Shown: positions 28,205-36,701 of the stretch, one piece after another
Numbering within the stretch: the first letter of the stretch is position 1
How the letters are laid out: each line of letters opens with the position of its first letter
IMG/VR virus record: IMGVR_UViG_3300042503_000814
Coordinates: 1 to 61,742 of that record
Strand: one strand, 5' to 3'
DNA from: a virus
Taxonomy: Duplodnaviria; Caudoviricetes
DNA length: 61,742 bases
Program-made: the position numbers and the translations under genes
Notes under the pieces: model-generated
Seen by the model: the letters and a program-made list of their open reading frames with translations, nothing else
The model's database searches: none
Told to the model about the DNA's origin: nothing

Positions 28205-29265
28205 TAGTTGCAGTCCTGTTGCAGAGTGAATGACGCAAACGGCCCCGTCCCAACGGCATTGACGGCAGCAACTTGGAACGAGCCGGTGGGCGCGTGGCTG
28301 CTGACGAACCCGCCGGTATAAGAACCTGCTGGTCGCGAGCCGCTAGACGGAGCAACACTGGTCGTCGCGCCGCTGCCGATTCGCCAAACGTATCCGGTGA
28401 TTACCGAACCGCCGTTAGAAGCCGGCGCGTTCCACATAGTTGAGTTAGTCGAACATCCCCAGTAGTTGTCGGCATTTCGCAGTGAAGTCGGTGCATCAGG
28501 AACGCTCGCCGAATTCGGCGTCACGGCACTGCTCGCCGCCGAGTAGCTGCCCGTTCCGATGGCATTCGTTGCTGAGACGCGGAAGACATACGGCGTGCCG
28601 TTGGTGAGCGAAGTCACAACCACACCACTCGTCGCGGTCGATGCCGCCCGAGTGAACGTCGTCCACGTTGAGCCGCTGTTGGAACTGAACTGAACGGTGT
28701 AGTCCGTTATTGGAGTGACAGAAAGAACGGTTGGCGCAGTCCACGCGAGCGAAACCTGTGCGTTGCCCGCTGTGGGGGTCACGCTTGTTGGCGCAGGTGG
28801 AGTAAGCAACGCCCGCAACTCAGTGTCAGTGCCGCCGCCACCACTCACACCTAACTCAATGTAAGCACCCTGCCACATGTATGTCCGCGCCGTGTCCGTC
28901 GCAAGATAAATCACGCCAGCCGATGATCCGATTGCTGGAAACCCTGCGACCGTCGCGGCGGTGAATATGCTGCCCGATCCACCGACCGGACCGACCTCCG
29001 CGTACACGCTGCCGTTCCATTGAAATAAGCGGCCGGAAGAAATGCTGAGATAGAGGGCCGTTGTTGAGCCGGTGCCGGGGAAGCTAGCTGTATTGGCGTA
29101 TGCGAATAGCTCCGTGCCACCCCCGGTAGCCAGCTGCGTGACGGCACCCGAGCCGTTCCTATAGAACAGCTTGCCGTCTGCCTCATTGATGGCGATCTGC
29201 CCAGAGACGAGCGAAGACGGCACCGCAGCGGCCGTCGTTGATCGGAGGATCCGAACGGTAGCCAA
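28204..29265 (-). CDS. Tail fibre with FN3 domains
   Basis: GQIAINEADGKLFY; L.W.AP, Y.FRVSA.NA.G.G. Confidence 0.8.
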   Translation of the reverse strand: MATVRILRSTTAAAVPSSLVSGQIAINEADGKLFYRNGSGAVTQLATGGGTELFAYANTASFPGTGSTTALYLSISSGRLFQWNGSVYAEVGPVGGSGSIFTAATVAGFPAIGSSAGVIYLATDTARTYMWQGAYIELGVSGGGGTDTELRALLTPPAPTSVTPTAGNAQVSLAWTAPTVLSVTPITDYTVQFSSNSGSTWTTFTRAASTATSGVVVTSLTNGTPYVFRVSATNAIGTGSYSAASSAVTPNSASVPDAPTSLRNADNYWGCSTNSTMWNAPASNGGSVITGYVWRIGSGATTSVAPSSGSRPAGSYTGGFVSSHAPTGSFQVAAVNAVGTGPFASFTLQQDCN

Positions 29266-30033
29266 CTAGAACGAACCTCCATCGATGTCGGAGCTAGGCG
29301 CGAGGTAATCAGTTCCAGCAGACGCTACGGAATACGCGGAGCCATTTCCTTTGAGAAGTCCGTTAACGGCCGCGGTCAGGCCCGTGCCGCCATAGCCAAC
29401 GGCTACCGCGGTGCCCTGCCAGACACCCGTGGAAAGCGTGCCAACGCTCGTCAGGCTGGAAGCGGTGACACCAGAACCGAGGGTTGTGGCCGAGAGGACG
29501 GTCGATCCGTTGATCTCATACACCTTGCCAGTCAGCAGGTTGAAGTCTTGGTTGCTCGTCCAAGCTGCAGTGGCGCTGACCCAATTCAGCGTCTTGTCAC
29601 TGTTCCCCTTGAGCGTAATGCCACCACCGTCGGCTGTGGCGTCTGAGGGCGAGGCGGTATCGCCCAGAATGACGTTGATGTCATCCACGCTGACCGCGGT
29701 GCTATTGATGGTGGTCGTCGTACCGTTGACGGTTAAGTTGCCGCCGACAGTGACGTTGCCAGAAAAATTAGCCCCAGCCAGCTGGGCGTACCCGGATAGA
29801 TCGACGTTGCCGCCGCCCGCCGCGACAGCCGAATCGACATAGGCCAGCGTGGCAAACGCCCCGGATCCACCGATGGCGATAACGCTAGTGGCCAGCCCAC
29901 CCGCGCCGCCAGTGCCAGTCCCGTAATAGAGGATATTTGTCTGCTCATTGAATGCCAACTCTGCGTTGGCCATGCTGCTTGGTGCGCCAGCCCCGCCTCC
30001 GCTCGCCCGTCGCTTGATCCGTAATGTCGCCAT
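29266..30033 (-). CDS. Tail fibre-like protein
   Basis: IKRR..GAPSS..ELAFNE; GNLTVNGTTTTINS; IDGGSF end. Confidence 0.8.
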   Translation of the reverse strand: MATLRIKRRASGGGAGAPSSMANAELAFNEQTNILYYGTGTGGAGGLATSVIAIGGSGAFATLAYVDSAVAAGGGNVDLSGYAQLAGANFSGNVTVGGNLTVNGTTTTINSTAVSVDDINVILGDTASPSDATADGGGITLKGNSDKTLNWVSATAAWTSNQDFNLLTGKVYEINGSTVLSATTLGSGVTASSLTSVGTLSTGVWQGTAVAVGYGGTGLTAAVNGLLKGNGSAYSVASAGTDYLAPSSDIDGGSF

Positions 30034-30392
30034 CAGAAGTTACCCCCGTCTACAACCGAACTCTCTGGATAATTACGCCACTTGCCGCTTGACCACCGCA
30101 GCACATCACCTGTTCTGATGTCTGTCATCTCCACATCGCTAGACGACGGCAACGAGAACCGCAACGCAGACAGCAGATACGGCAAATCGTTCCACCGCGT
30201 CACACCGTCACCGATCTTGATCGCGCCCGAGCCGAACGCTGGGTCTGTGTAGTCGTACGTGTCTGCCGATGGTTCCGTGGTAAGCGGGACATCTCGCTCA
30301 TAGCCCACCTCGCCTGCAAGAAGGATCGGATTCGCGGCCGACCATTCCGCAGCCGTACCGCGTCGAAGCTGCGAGTATTTGATGTAGCTCAT
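30033..30392 (-). CDS. Mtd_N/hyaluronidase-N-like fibre anchor protein
   Basis: QLRRGTAAEW..NP.L..GE.GYE, KIGDG...WNDLPY; VDGGNF end. Confidence 0.8.
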   Translation of the reverse strand: MSYIKYSQLRRGTAAEWSAANPILLAGEVGYERDVPLTTEPSADTYDYTDPAFGSGAIKIGDGVTRWNDLPYLLSALRFSLPSSSDVEMTDIRTGDVLRWSSGKWRNYPESSVVDGGNF

Positions 30393-30931
30393 ACGCCGCG
30401 CCCTTTGGCCCGATAGGCATGCTTGGCAATCACTTGCTCGCGGAGGTCCGAGTTCTTTGCGGAGGGGTTCAGCTTCTTGGCCTTCGCCACTTCCTCTCGC
30501 ACAATCGTCTCGCTGATGAGCTTCCGCTTGGGATCGGCCACGCCCGGGTCGTAGTTCACCGTTCCGCTCACGGCCAATCGCCGCTTGTGGGCGACTTTGA
30601 GGACATCGTCATTGTTGGAAACCCACGCTTCGGGATCGCGCCAGCCTCGCTTGTCAGCCAGCCCTCCCACGTAGTGCTTGCCCGAGATGTTGATCCCGGC
30701 GCTCTTGGCTTCCGCGGCCACGTACTTGGCCTGTCGGACGGGCATGTCGTCCAGCTGCTGGTTGTTCATGCGGCCCTCCATGAACGCACGGTCAGTGCCC
30801 TTGGTGCCGGGGGGCGCCTGGAGGGCACACATCTCTGCGAATAGCACAGACTGGCCGTCCGCAATCATCTTGCGGTAATGGGACTGAACAGACTGCGAAG
30901 CGCGGGCGATTGAGAACGGAAGGTCGGTCAT
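30389..30931 (-). CDS. Hypothetical structural-region protein
   Basis: ATGA coupling on both sides. Confidence 0.75.
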   Translation of the reverse strand: MTDLPFSIARASQSVQSHYRKMIADGQSVLFAEMCALQAPPGTKGTDRAFMEGRMNNQQLDDMPVRQAKYVAAEAKSAGINISGKHYVGGLADKRGWRDPEAWVSNNDDVLKVAHKRRLAVSGTVNYDPGVADPKRKLISETIVREEVAKAKKLNPSAKNSDLREQVIAKHAYRAKGRGV

Positions 30932-31143
30932 TGGTTGTAGGTCACTCTGTGGCCACGGGATTTCAGAAACTCACCCAGCTGTTGCGGGTTCACGTTAGGC
31001 CCATTGGCGCGGGCGAAGTCCAACGTCTCGCTAGTGGAACGGGCCACCTCCGGGTTGACCCCATGCGCCAGCAGCTGACGAATGCGGTCTTCTGGCGAAA
31101 AATTCCCGAAACTCTCGTCCACGTTTACATTTTTTTTAAACAT
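30928..31143 (-). CDS. 71-aa protein containing SPEDRIRQLL
   Basis: GAGG SD; fills gap between portal and next gene. Confidence 0.65.
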   Translation of the reverse strand: MFKKNVNVDESFGNFSPEDRIRQLLAHGVNPEVARSTSETLDFARANGPNVNPQQLGEFLKSRGHRVTYNQ

Positions 31144-33118
31144 TCGGCGTCCTCTCAGAAGGTGAATCAGCGGGCGGTGGAGGGGGTGGGGGAGGTGGCG
31201 GCGGAACCATGTACCGCGACACATCGGTGTTCATCGCCTTGCCCCAGTCCTCCAAGAGCGCGTTGAACAGTTCCGGCTTACCGGCCTGCAACAGACCCTG
31301 ACTGATCGGCGCGAGGATCTGCATCGCGTTGGTGATGTTCTCAATGCGAGTGGCGACGTTGGGCTTCTTCACAGACCCAGCCTCAACGCGGTACGAATAC
31401 TCCCGCACAACGGAATCCGGGTCTTCGCCTTGAACGTGCATCTGCCACGCCTGCGCAGCCATGGGGCCAAGCAGAGGAGCAACGTCCTGCGGGCCAATCA
31501 ACCATCGGGCGAGGAGGGCTTCCTTGCGAGCGACCAGCGACAGAGCGTCTTCCAAAATATTTGCGTAATCGTCCGGCCTGACCGAAATCTGCTCAGCCTT
31601 CACCTGCGCTTCTGCAGCTGATCTGAAGGAATTCCTGGTCATGCCATAGATGAGTTCTGTCAAACCAACGCGACGGTCGAACAGCGCGGTGACCTCAGAG
31701 ATGATCTGGTACATGTCCGAGGTGACACCCGGCATCTGGAAGACCGAGATCACATCGTTGACCGACCGGCCGATGGCTTCAGATATCTCTACGATCTTGA
31801 ACCCGCCCTCATCCTTCTCCAGGATCTTGGCCTTCAGATCCGGGTCTGCGGACTTGGCCACGCCGATCAGCACCTGCGCGCTGGTTGCAATGCGCGTGGC
31901 GAGGAACGACATCGCCCAGTTGATGAATCGAAGCTCACCGATACCGGGACGAATGATAGAGATGGGCCAGCTGTACCCCGGCTTGCCGTGCCAAGCGAGC
32001 GGCGTGAACGGCCAGCCTCCTGGTTCTGCCCAGAATGGGATGGGCCACTGAGCCGCCATGAACATCGACGGCGCAACCCCAGTCTCGTCCACTTCCTCCT
32101 GCAACATCGCTTCGGGCATGTTCAGTGGGAAATCAATTCCCTCTGCCACGGCGATGTAGCAGTTGGGTCCGAACGCATCGAACTTGCCGCGGAGGTCTTT
32201 GTCGGCGTTCTTAAGCCGGTCGCCAAACCCCGTCTTGGAGTACACCTCCCAGTAGACGATGAGGTCGTTGGTCTTCCCCATCTTCTTCTTGTACTCAAAG
32301 CCGCGCTCGTTGTTGTCGCCGCGGGACGAGTAGCTTTCCATGTGCCCGCTCAGATCCTCGCGAGACAGGCCGAACTTCGCCGCCACTTCATCCACTGGCT
32401 GGACCCGTTTGCGCGCGGCCCAGCGGATGTCCTCAAACTCATCGGCATCGGGATCCCAGACGAGGTTGTCTATGGAGTCGTAGAAGCTCCCGGCCATCTT
32501 CAGCTGCGATCCCGGCGGCGAATAAAGCTCATGCCACCAGACGCCTGCACCCTTAATGAACGCTTCCTCCACCACCTTCCGCGAGTGCTTCTTGAGATCC
32601 AACTCGTTGGGCGTGTAGTTGAGGTAGTCTTCCAGGAGCCTGGAGACGAGCTTGCGCCGCTCCAGCATCATCTGCTGCTCCTGCAAGCCCTGCTGGTACA
32701 TCTGCATGCCGGGGTCTGGCATCATCACCGGCTGGCCATCGGGTCCAATGATTGGCTGACCGTCCGGCCCCATGGCTGGCACTGGGGGCTGGGGCTGGAT
32801 GCCAAGGAGTGCTGGCCCGATGATGGGATACTCCTTGGGGGTCACCGCGCGGTTGGGGTTCCGGTGGTGGATCACCGCGGTAAAGAGGCGCACGGCCTCC
32901 CACACACGGTTGACCTGCATGCGGAATGCAGGAGGAGTCATGCCCTTGTTGTAGCCACGCTCCCCACGGGCGTACCCATCTTTCCACATGAAATCTGGGT
33001 CGCCAGCAAAGAAGTTCATCGCCTCGTCACCGTCCTCTGTGAACGGACGCTTATGGGCGGTGGCCTGCTTAATGCACTCAAGCCAGCGGGCGACGATTGG
33101 ACGAAGCGGTTTATCCAT
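31136..33118 (-). CDS. Portal protein
   Basis: ~660 aa downstream of TerL; WDPDA, SAAEA motif; AGGAG SD. Confidence 0.8.
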   Translation of the reverse strand: MDKPLRPIVARWLECIKQATAHKRPFTEDGDEAMNFFAGDPDFMWKDGYARGERGYNKGMTPPAFRMQVNRVWEAVRLFTAVIHHRNPNRAVTPKEYPIIGPALLGIQPQPPVPAMGPDGQPIIGPDGQPVMMPDPGMQMYQQGLQEQQMMLERRKLVSRLLEDYLNYTPNELDLKKHSRKVVEEAFIKGAGVWWHELYSPPGSQLKMAGSFYDSIDNLVWDPDADEFEDIRWAARKRVQPVDEVAAKFGLSREDLSGHMESYSSRGDNNERGFEYKKKMGKTNDLIVYWEVYSKTGFGDRLKNADKDLRGKFDAFGPNCYIAVAEGIDFPLNMPEAMLQEEVDETGVAPSMFMAAQWPIPFWAEPGGWPFTPLAWHGKPGYSWPISIIRPGIGELRFINWAMSFLATRIATSAQVLIGVAKSADPDLKAKILEKDEGGFKIVEISEAIGRSVNDVISVFQMPGVTSDMYQIISEVTALFDRRVGLTELIYGMTRNSFRSAAEAQVKAEQISVRPDDYANILEDALSLVARKEALLARWLIGPQDVAPLLGPMAAQAWQMHVQGEDPDSVVREYSYRVEAGSVKKPNVATRIENITNAMQILAPISQGLLQAGKPELFNALLEDWGKAMNTDVSRYMVPPPPPPPPPPPADSPSERTPNV

Positions 33119-33125
33119 GGGCACT

Positions 33126-33142
33126 CCTATTAGCTAGTGTCC
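33126..33142 (-). promoter_or_regulatory. Late-promoter-like motif GGACACTAGCTAATAGG
   Basis: 16/17 identical to 60078-60094. Confidence 0.7.
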
Positions 33143-33460
33143 TTACTTGCCCCTGCGGGCTTCCAAGTCGGCTACCTTCCGCTCCAAAAGCGCCACTTTC
33201 TCGGCCAGAATCGCATTCTTCTGAGGCTTGTGTTCCCAGAAGCCGTAGTCCTTCCACGCCTGGAACTCGTTCACGCCGGGGTCGGTGACATGGTGGACCG
33301 ACTGCTTCTCATTCCCGCCGTAGCCGGGGGCCAAGGCCCACAGGGTCAGGGTCCGCTGGCTCACCTTGGTAACCAAGGCCGGGATGCACTCAGCGCCCTC
33401 ATGGGCACGGAAGAACACCCAGTCACCAAGCTCAGCGGTCGGCATTACGTAATCGCTCAT
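33143..33460 (-). CDS. Hypothetical protein
   Basis: ATGA coupling to terL; C-terminal coiled coil. Confidence 0.75.
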   Translation of the reverse strand: MSDYVMPTAELGDWVFFRAHEGAECIPALVTKVSQRTLTLWALAPGYGGNEKQSVHHVTDPGVNEFQAWKDYGFWEHKPQKNAILAEKVALLERKVADLEARRGK

Positions 33461-35142
33461 CTTTGTCTACTCCCCATTGGCCCGAGAACAATGCAGTTGT
33501 CTTCGGACGACTGCTGCCTGCGGCGTTTGTCCGCGAGGTAACGCACCCACCATGGATCGGGGCCATAGGTCTTTGGCGGTGCGTGGTATTTTGGTTCGTA
33601 CGCGCAGAGGTACTCCACGCTCTGGATGGCGTGGACTTCCCCGCGGCTCTGCGGCTCGTCGGTCACGTAGACCTGTCCGTTGACGCTCGTCGTCTTTTTC
33701 CGGTAGCGGCGGATCTCGCGCATCAGATTCGGACACGCACCATCCAAGAACTTCAGCTTGGTCGAACCGTCTCCCCGGATGTGGAGCATCTGCCGGACGA
33801 GCGCCGTGCGGGCCGGGATGTCGTCGGAGCCGGGGATGAAGCCGTACCCGCTCATCTGCGACTTGATGCCGCGCTTCTTCAGTTCCTCTGAGTACAGTTC
33901 ATGGGGAAGACGGCCCGAGCCTAAGTCTCTGAGCATGCCGCCGTGCATGTCGATGATGAATGTACGGTAGTTCTGGCCATCGGCCTTCTGTGCGAACTGG
34001 TCGCCAAAGATGAGCGCATTGGCTTGGCGGATATACAGTTCGTCGTAGATCAGCAGGAACTTCTCGTCTGGCGGAACTGCGCCAAAGACACACGCCAAGA
34101 CCGTATGCCCCGGGTCGATTGCAACATACCGCGTCCAGTCCTGTGGAACCCGCCCATCGGGTAGATCCTCTCGCCGCAGAACATGCACGCCAGGATTGAA
34201 CGACGGGTACATGAGCGTGCTTTCCGTGGTGAACTCGCCCTCCGCTCGCATGCGAAGCTCGTCCATCCCCAAGGCAGACCACCGCTCAATATTTTTCTTC
34301 TTTTCCTCCTGGTCGATGTGGGCGTTATCCAAGAAGCGCAGGGTGAACTTCTTAATAATCGGGTTCTCTTTGCCCTCTTCTTCAGCCTTGTCCGCACGTT
34401 CACACAACCCCAGCAGCGCATCGTTTTTACTATGGGGCATAGCCGACCATACAAACCGGCCTTTGCGGTCGGCAAGCCGCGCCTGCATCTCCCCAACCCA
34501 TCGTTCATTATTAATATCCTCATCAATGTGAACTAAGTCAGCTTGAAAGCCCTGCGGAGGTTCGCCTTCTGAGGAGAAGCAATTAATAGTCCAACCGTTA
34601 GTAAGCTCTGCCTTGTTGAGGTAGCCTGCGTTCTTCAGTACCCAACTCATCTCTTTGATCATGCGGGGCGGGATGAGGGGCGGTGCTGGCTTTGCTTTGG
34701 TAGGGTCATCAACCCCGGGCTTAAATGCCCGCCACTGGCCCGTTGTCTCGTCCTTGATCATCTTGAACGCACCGGCACGGAACAGCATCGGTACAATTAC
34801 AAGACCTACGTGGGGCCAGTTCCGCCCGATTATCACAAGGTTCCCGCCCTCTTTGGGGTACTTCCCGTACGGGTCTTGTCCGGTGGCCGCGCGTGCGTCC
34901 TCTACGAAACTTGCTGCCGATTTTCCTGACCGATTGCCGCCGATCAGCAGGCGTTCGCTCGCCATGCACTTGTGAAACTCCTCCTGCCTGGGCATGGGGG
35001 AATACAGACGCAGAGCTTCGATCCGGCGTTCAGCCAGTTCGATCTGCACATCGCGCAGCTGGTTGAGGGCATGCTGCGTGATGCCTTGGACCGCCGGTTC
35101 GTCAGGTGGCGGCGGCGGGGGGATCTGTGGGTGCTTGCGCAT
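33457..35142 (-). CDS. terL: Terminase large subunit
   Basis: Walker A GGNRSGKS, Walker B VHIDED, RNase H-like AIDPG. Confidence 0.92.
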   Translation of the reverse strand: MRKHPQIPPPPPPDEPAVQGITQHALNQLRDVQIELAERRIEALRLYSPMPRQEEFHKCMASERLLIGGNRSGKSAASFVEDARAATGQDPYGKYPKEGGNLVIIGRNWPHVGLVIVPMLFRAGAFKMIKDETTGQWRAFKPGVDDPTKAKPAPPLIPPRMIKEMSWVLKNAGYLNKAELTNGWTINCFSSEGEPPQGFQADLVHIDEDINNERWVGEMQARLADRKGRFVWSAMPHSKNDALLGLCERADKAEEEGKENPIIKKFTLRFLDNAHIDQEEKKKNIERWSALGMDELRMRAEGEFTTESTLMYPSFNPGVHVLRREDLPDGRVPQDWTRYVAIDPGHTVLACVFGAVPPDEKFLLIYDELYIRQANALIFGDQFAQKADGQNYRTFIIDMHGGMLRDLGSGRLPHELYSEELKKRGIKSQMSGYGFIPGSDDIPARTALVRQMLHIRGDGSTKLKFLDGACPNLMREIRRYRKKTTSVNGQVYVTDEPQSRGEVHAIQSVEYLCAYEPKYHAPPKTYGPDPWWVRYLADKRRRQQSSEDNCIVLGPMGSRQR

Positions 35143-35281
35143 ATTCTCCGCAGTAGTCGTCCTGCTCGCTTACGGGCTGTACGTCCTCCTCACTGGTGAC
35201 TATCACCTGCGGCGGGAACCTGCGACACAGTCCGTGCCTCATCGTTTTCCGCTCCCACCACCGGCACGTTTGACACTCCAT
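35102..35281 (-). CDS. 59-aa Cys-rich protein (CQTCRWW...GLCRRFPP...YCGE)
   Basis: Not in ORF track; AAGGAG SD; recognisable 4-Cys phage motif. Confidence 0.7.
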   Translation of the reverse strand: MECQTCRWWERKTMRHGLCRRFPPQVIVTSEEDVQPVSEQDDYCGEYAQAPTDPPAAAT

Positions 35282-35792
35282 GTTGCATCTCCTTCAAAGG
35301 GATTCCTTGAACCGTAATCGTTGTCGCCGCCTCCAGGATCCGCTGGCGAAGCTCGTCTTCCAGTTCCTCTTCGCTCCACGCGGTGAGAGGTTTCTTGGCT
35401 CCACCCATCGCGGTGTTTGCTGACACCAAGCGGACGACGGTATCCAGCATCTTGGTGCGGAACGCGCCGCCGGAAGGGGAGTCGAACAGCTGCTTCATGT
35501 AGCAGTTGGCGAAACCTCGCACCCCACCGAAATACTCCATCAGAACTTCTAGCAGTTCAGACGAGTGGGGAATGTTCGCGCCGCCGATCCTGGCCGAGGC
35601 TACGAACAGATCGACCGCGCCCTTCTCAATCTCCGCGAGCTTCTTGTTGCCCTTCTTCTTGCGGGCCTTCTTCTCATGGGCGTTGCGGCACTTGCGGCAC
35701 CGCGCGTGAAACCCGTCCTTGCTCTTATGCCAGTACGTTGGGGTTAGCTCATAGCTAGTCCCGCACTGGATGCACGCCTTGTACTCAGACAG
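35190..35792 (-). CDS. Zn-finger protein, TerS candidate, with probable CTG start
   Basis: Frame open 84 codons upstream of first ATG, encoding CxxC...CxxC and a K-rich helix; GGAG 8 nt before CTG. Confidence 0.65.
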   Translation of the reverse strand: MSEYKACIQCGTSYELTPTYWHKSKDGFHARCRKCRNAHEKKARKKKGNKKLAEIEKGAVDLFVASARIGGANIPHSSELLEVLMEYFGGVRGFANCYMKQLFDSPSGGAFRTKMLDTVVRLVSANTAMGGAKKPLTAWSEEELEDELRQRILEAATTITVQGIPLKEMQHGVSNVPVVGAENDEARTVSQVPAAGDSHQ

Positions 35793-36651
35793 GTTTCACG
35801 CTCCACTTAGGGCGAAGATCCATCAGCTTCACGCTCGCATCGTAGTTGGCTTCCCAGCACTGCTTGAGCTTCGCGCTGATGTCCACAGCCTGGACGACCT
35901 GGGGCTTGCCCACGCACTTCGGTTTCCAGTGCCCAGCCCACGCATCCCAGTTGCAGAAGACAGGGTTGTAGCCCAGCTTCTGCGTGCCTGCGAGCGACAG
36001 GTCGCGGGTCATCGTCACATCCTCAGTCGATGACTTCTCGGACTGATACTTGTCTGGATATTCGTAGTAGAACCATGGGTTGTCAGATGAGGTCTGTGGC
36101 TCAGTCACCTCAAACGCCCGCATGTCGTACATGATCAATCCCGTGGGCAGGGCGGCGCACTCTTGGATGCCCGCCATCTTTGCCCCGGTGTCGCGGTCGT
36201 ACATCTCCAGCTTAAAGTCTGGGTTGGCGTTCTCTGACTGGTGGGCCTGCCATCGGAACACGTAGACGTTCTCATGCGGCGGCGGGCCGCAGTAGGGCGC
36301 GCCGATGACTACCGGACCCTTGGGGTAGTGGTCTACCAAGAAGTCAAACGACGACGACAGGAACGGCTTGGCATCGGCCTGCCCCGCGTACAGATCGGGC
36401 TTCATGTCCGAGTCCACCATCACAAGCACATCGACACCGTACTGGCGCGCCATGAGGACGGCCCGATTGCGGGTCATTGTGATGGGCGTATCAGACAGAT
36501 TCCAAACTTGGATCCGCGAGACGCGAGGGTCTTGGGAAAGACTAGAGGTGGCCGGAAGCATCCACTCCCGAATGTCAGGCACCTCAGAGGAGATGCCGCC
36601 ATTGCCACCATAAGAGAACGTGCAGAAACCGACGGAGAACTTTTGTTGCAT
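35785..36651 (-). CDS. GT-A fold glycosyltransferase
   Basis: RN..V, VMVDSD (DxD), TGL, ED..., GH motifs. Confidence 0.75.
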   Translation of the reverse strand: MQQKFSVGFCTFSYGGNGGISSEVPDIREWMLPATSSLSQDPRVSRIQVWNLSDTPITMTRNRAVLMARQYGVDVLVMVDSDMKPDLYAGQADAKPFLSSSFDFLVDHYPKGPVVIGAPYCGPPPHENVYVFRWQAHQSENANPDFKLEMYDRDTGAKMAGIQECAALPTGLIMYDMRAFEVTEPQTSSDNPWFYYEYPDKYQSEKSSTEDVTMTRDLSLAGTQKLGYNPVFCNWDAWAGHWKPKCVGKPQVVQAVDISAKLKQCWEANYDASVKLMDLRPKWSVKPV

Positions 36652-36701
36652 TTCACACCCCGGGGATAGGTGTACAGTTTTACAGTATTACGCTGCGAGC
36701 G

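Noticed and set aside
30033-30392. Diversity-generating retroelement suggested by the Mtd_N-like domain
   Set aside because: No reverse transcriptase and no TR/VR pair seen
31128-31143. TTTAAAAAAAA run at the portal stop as a frameshift site
   Set aside because: The frame relationship does not fit a -1 slippery heptamer, and the downstream ORF has its own SD and ATG
31988-33133. Long plus-strand ORFs opposite real genes (also 5961-6881, 40022-40894, 16289-17071)
   Set aside because: Antisense shadows of GC-rich coding sequence, without RBS or motifs
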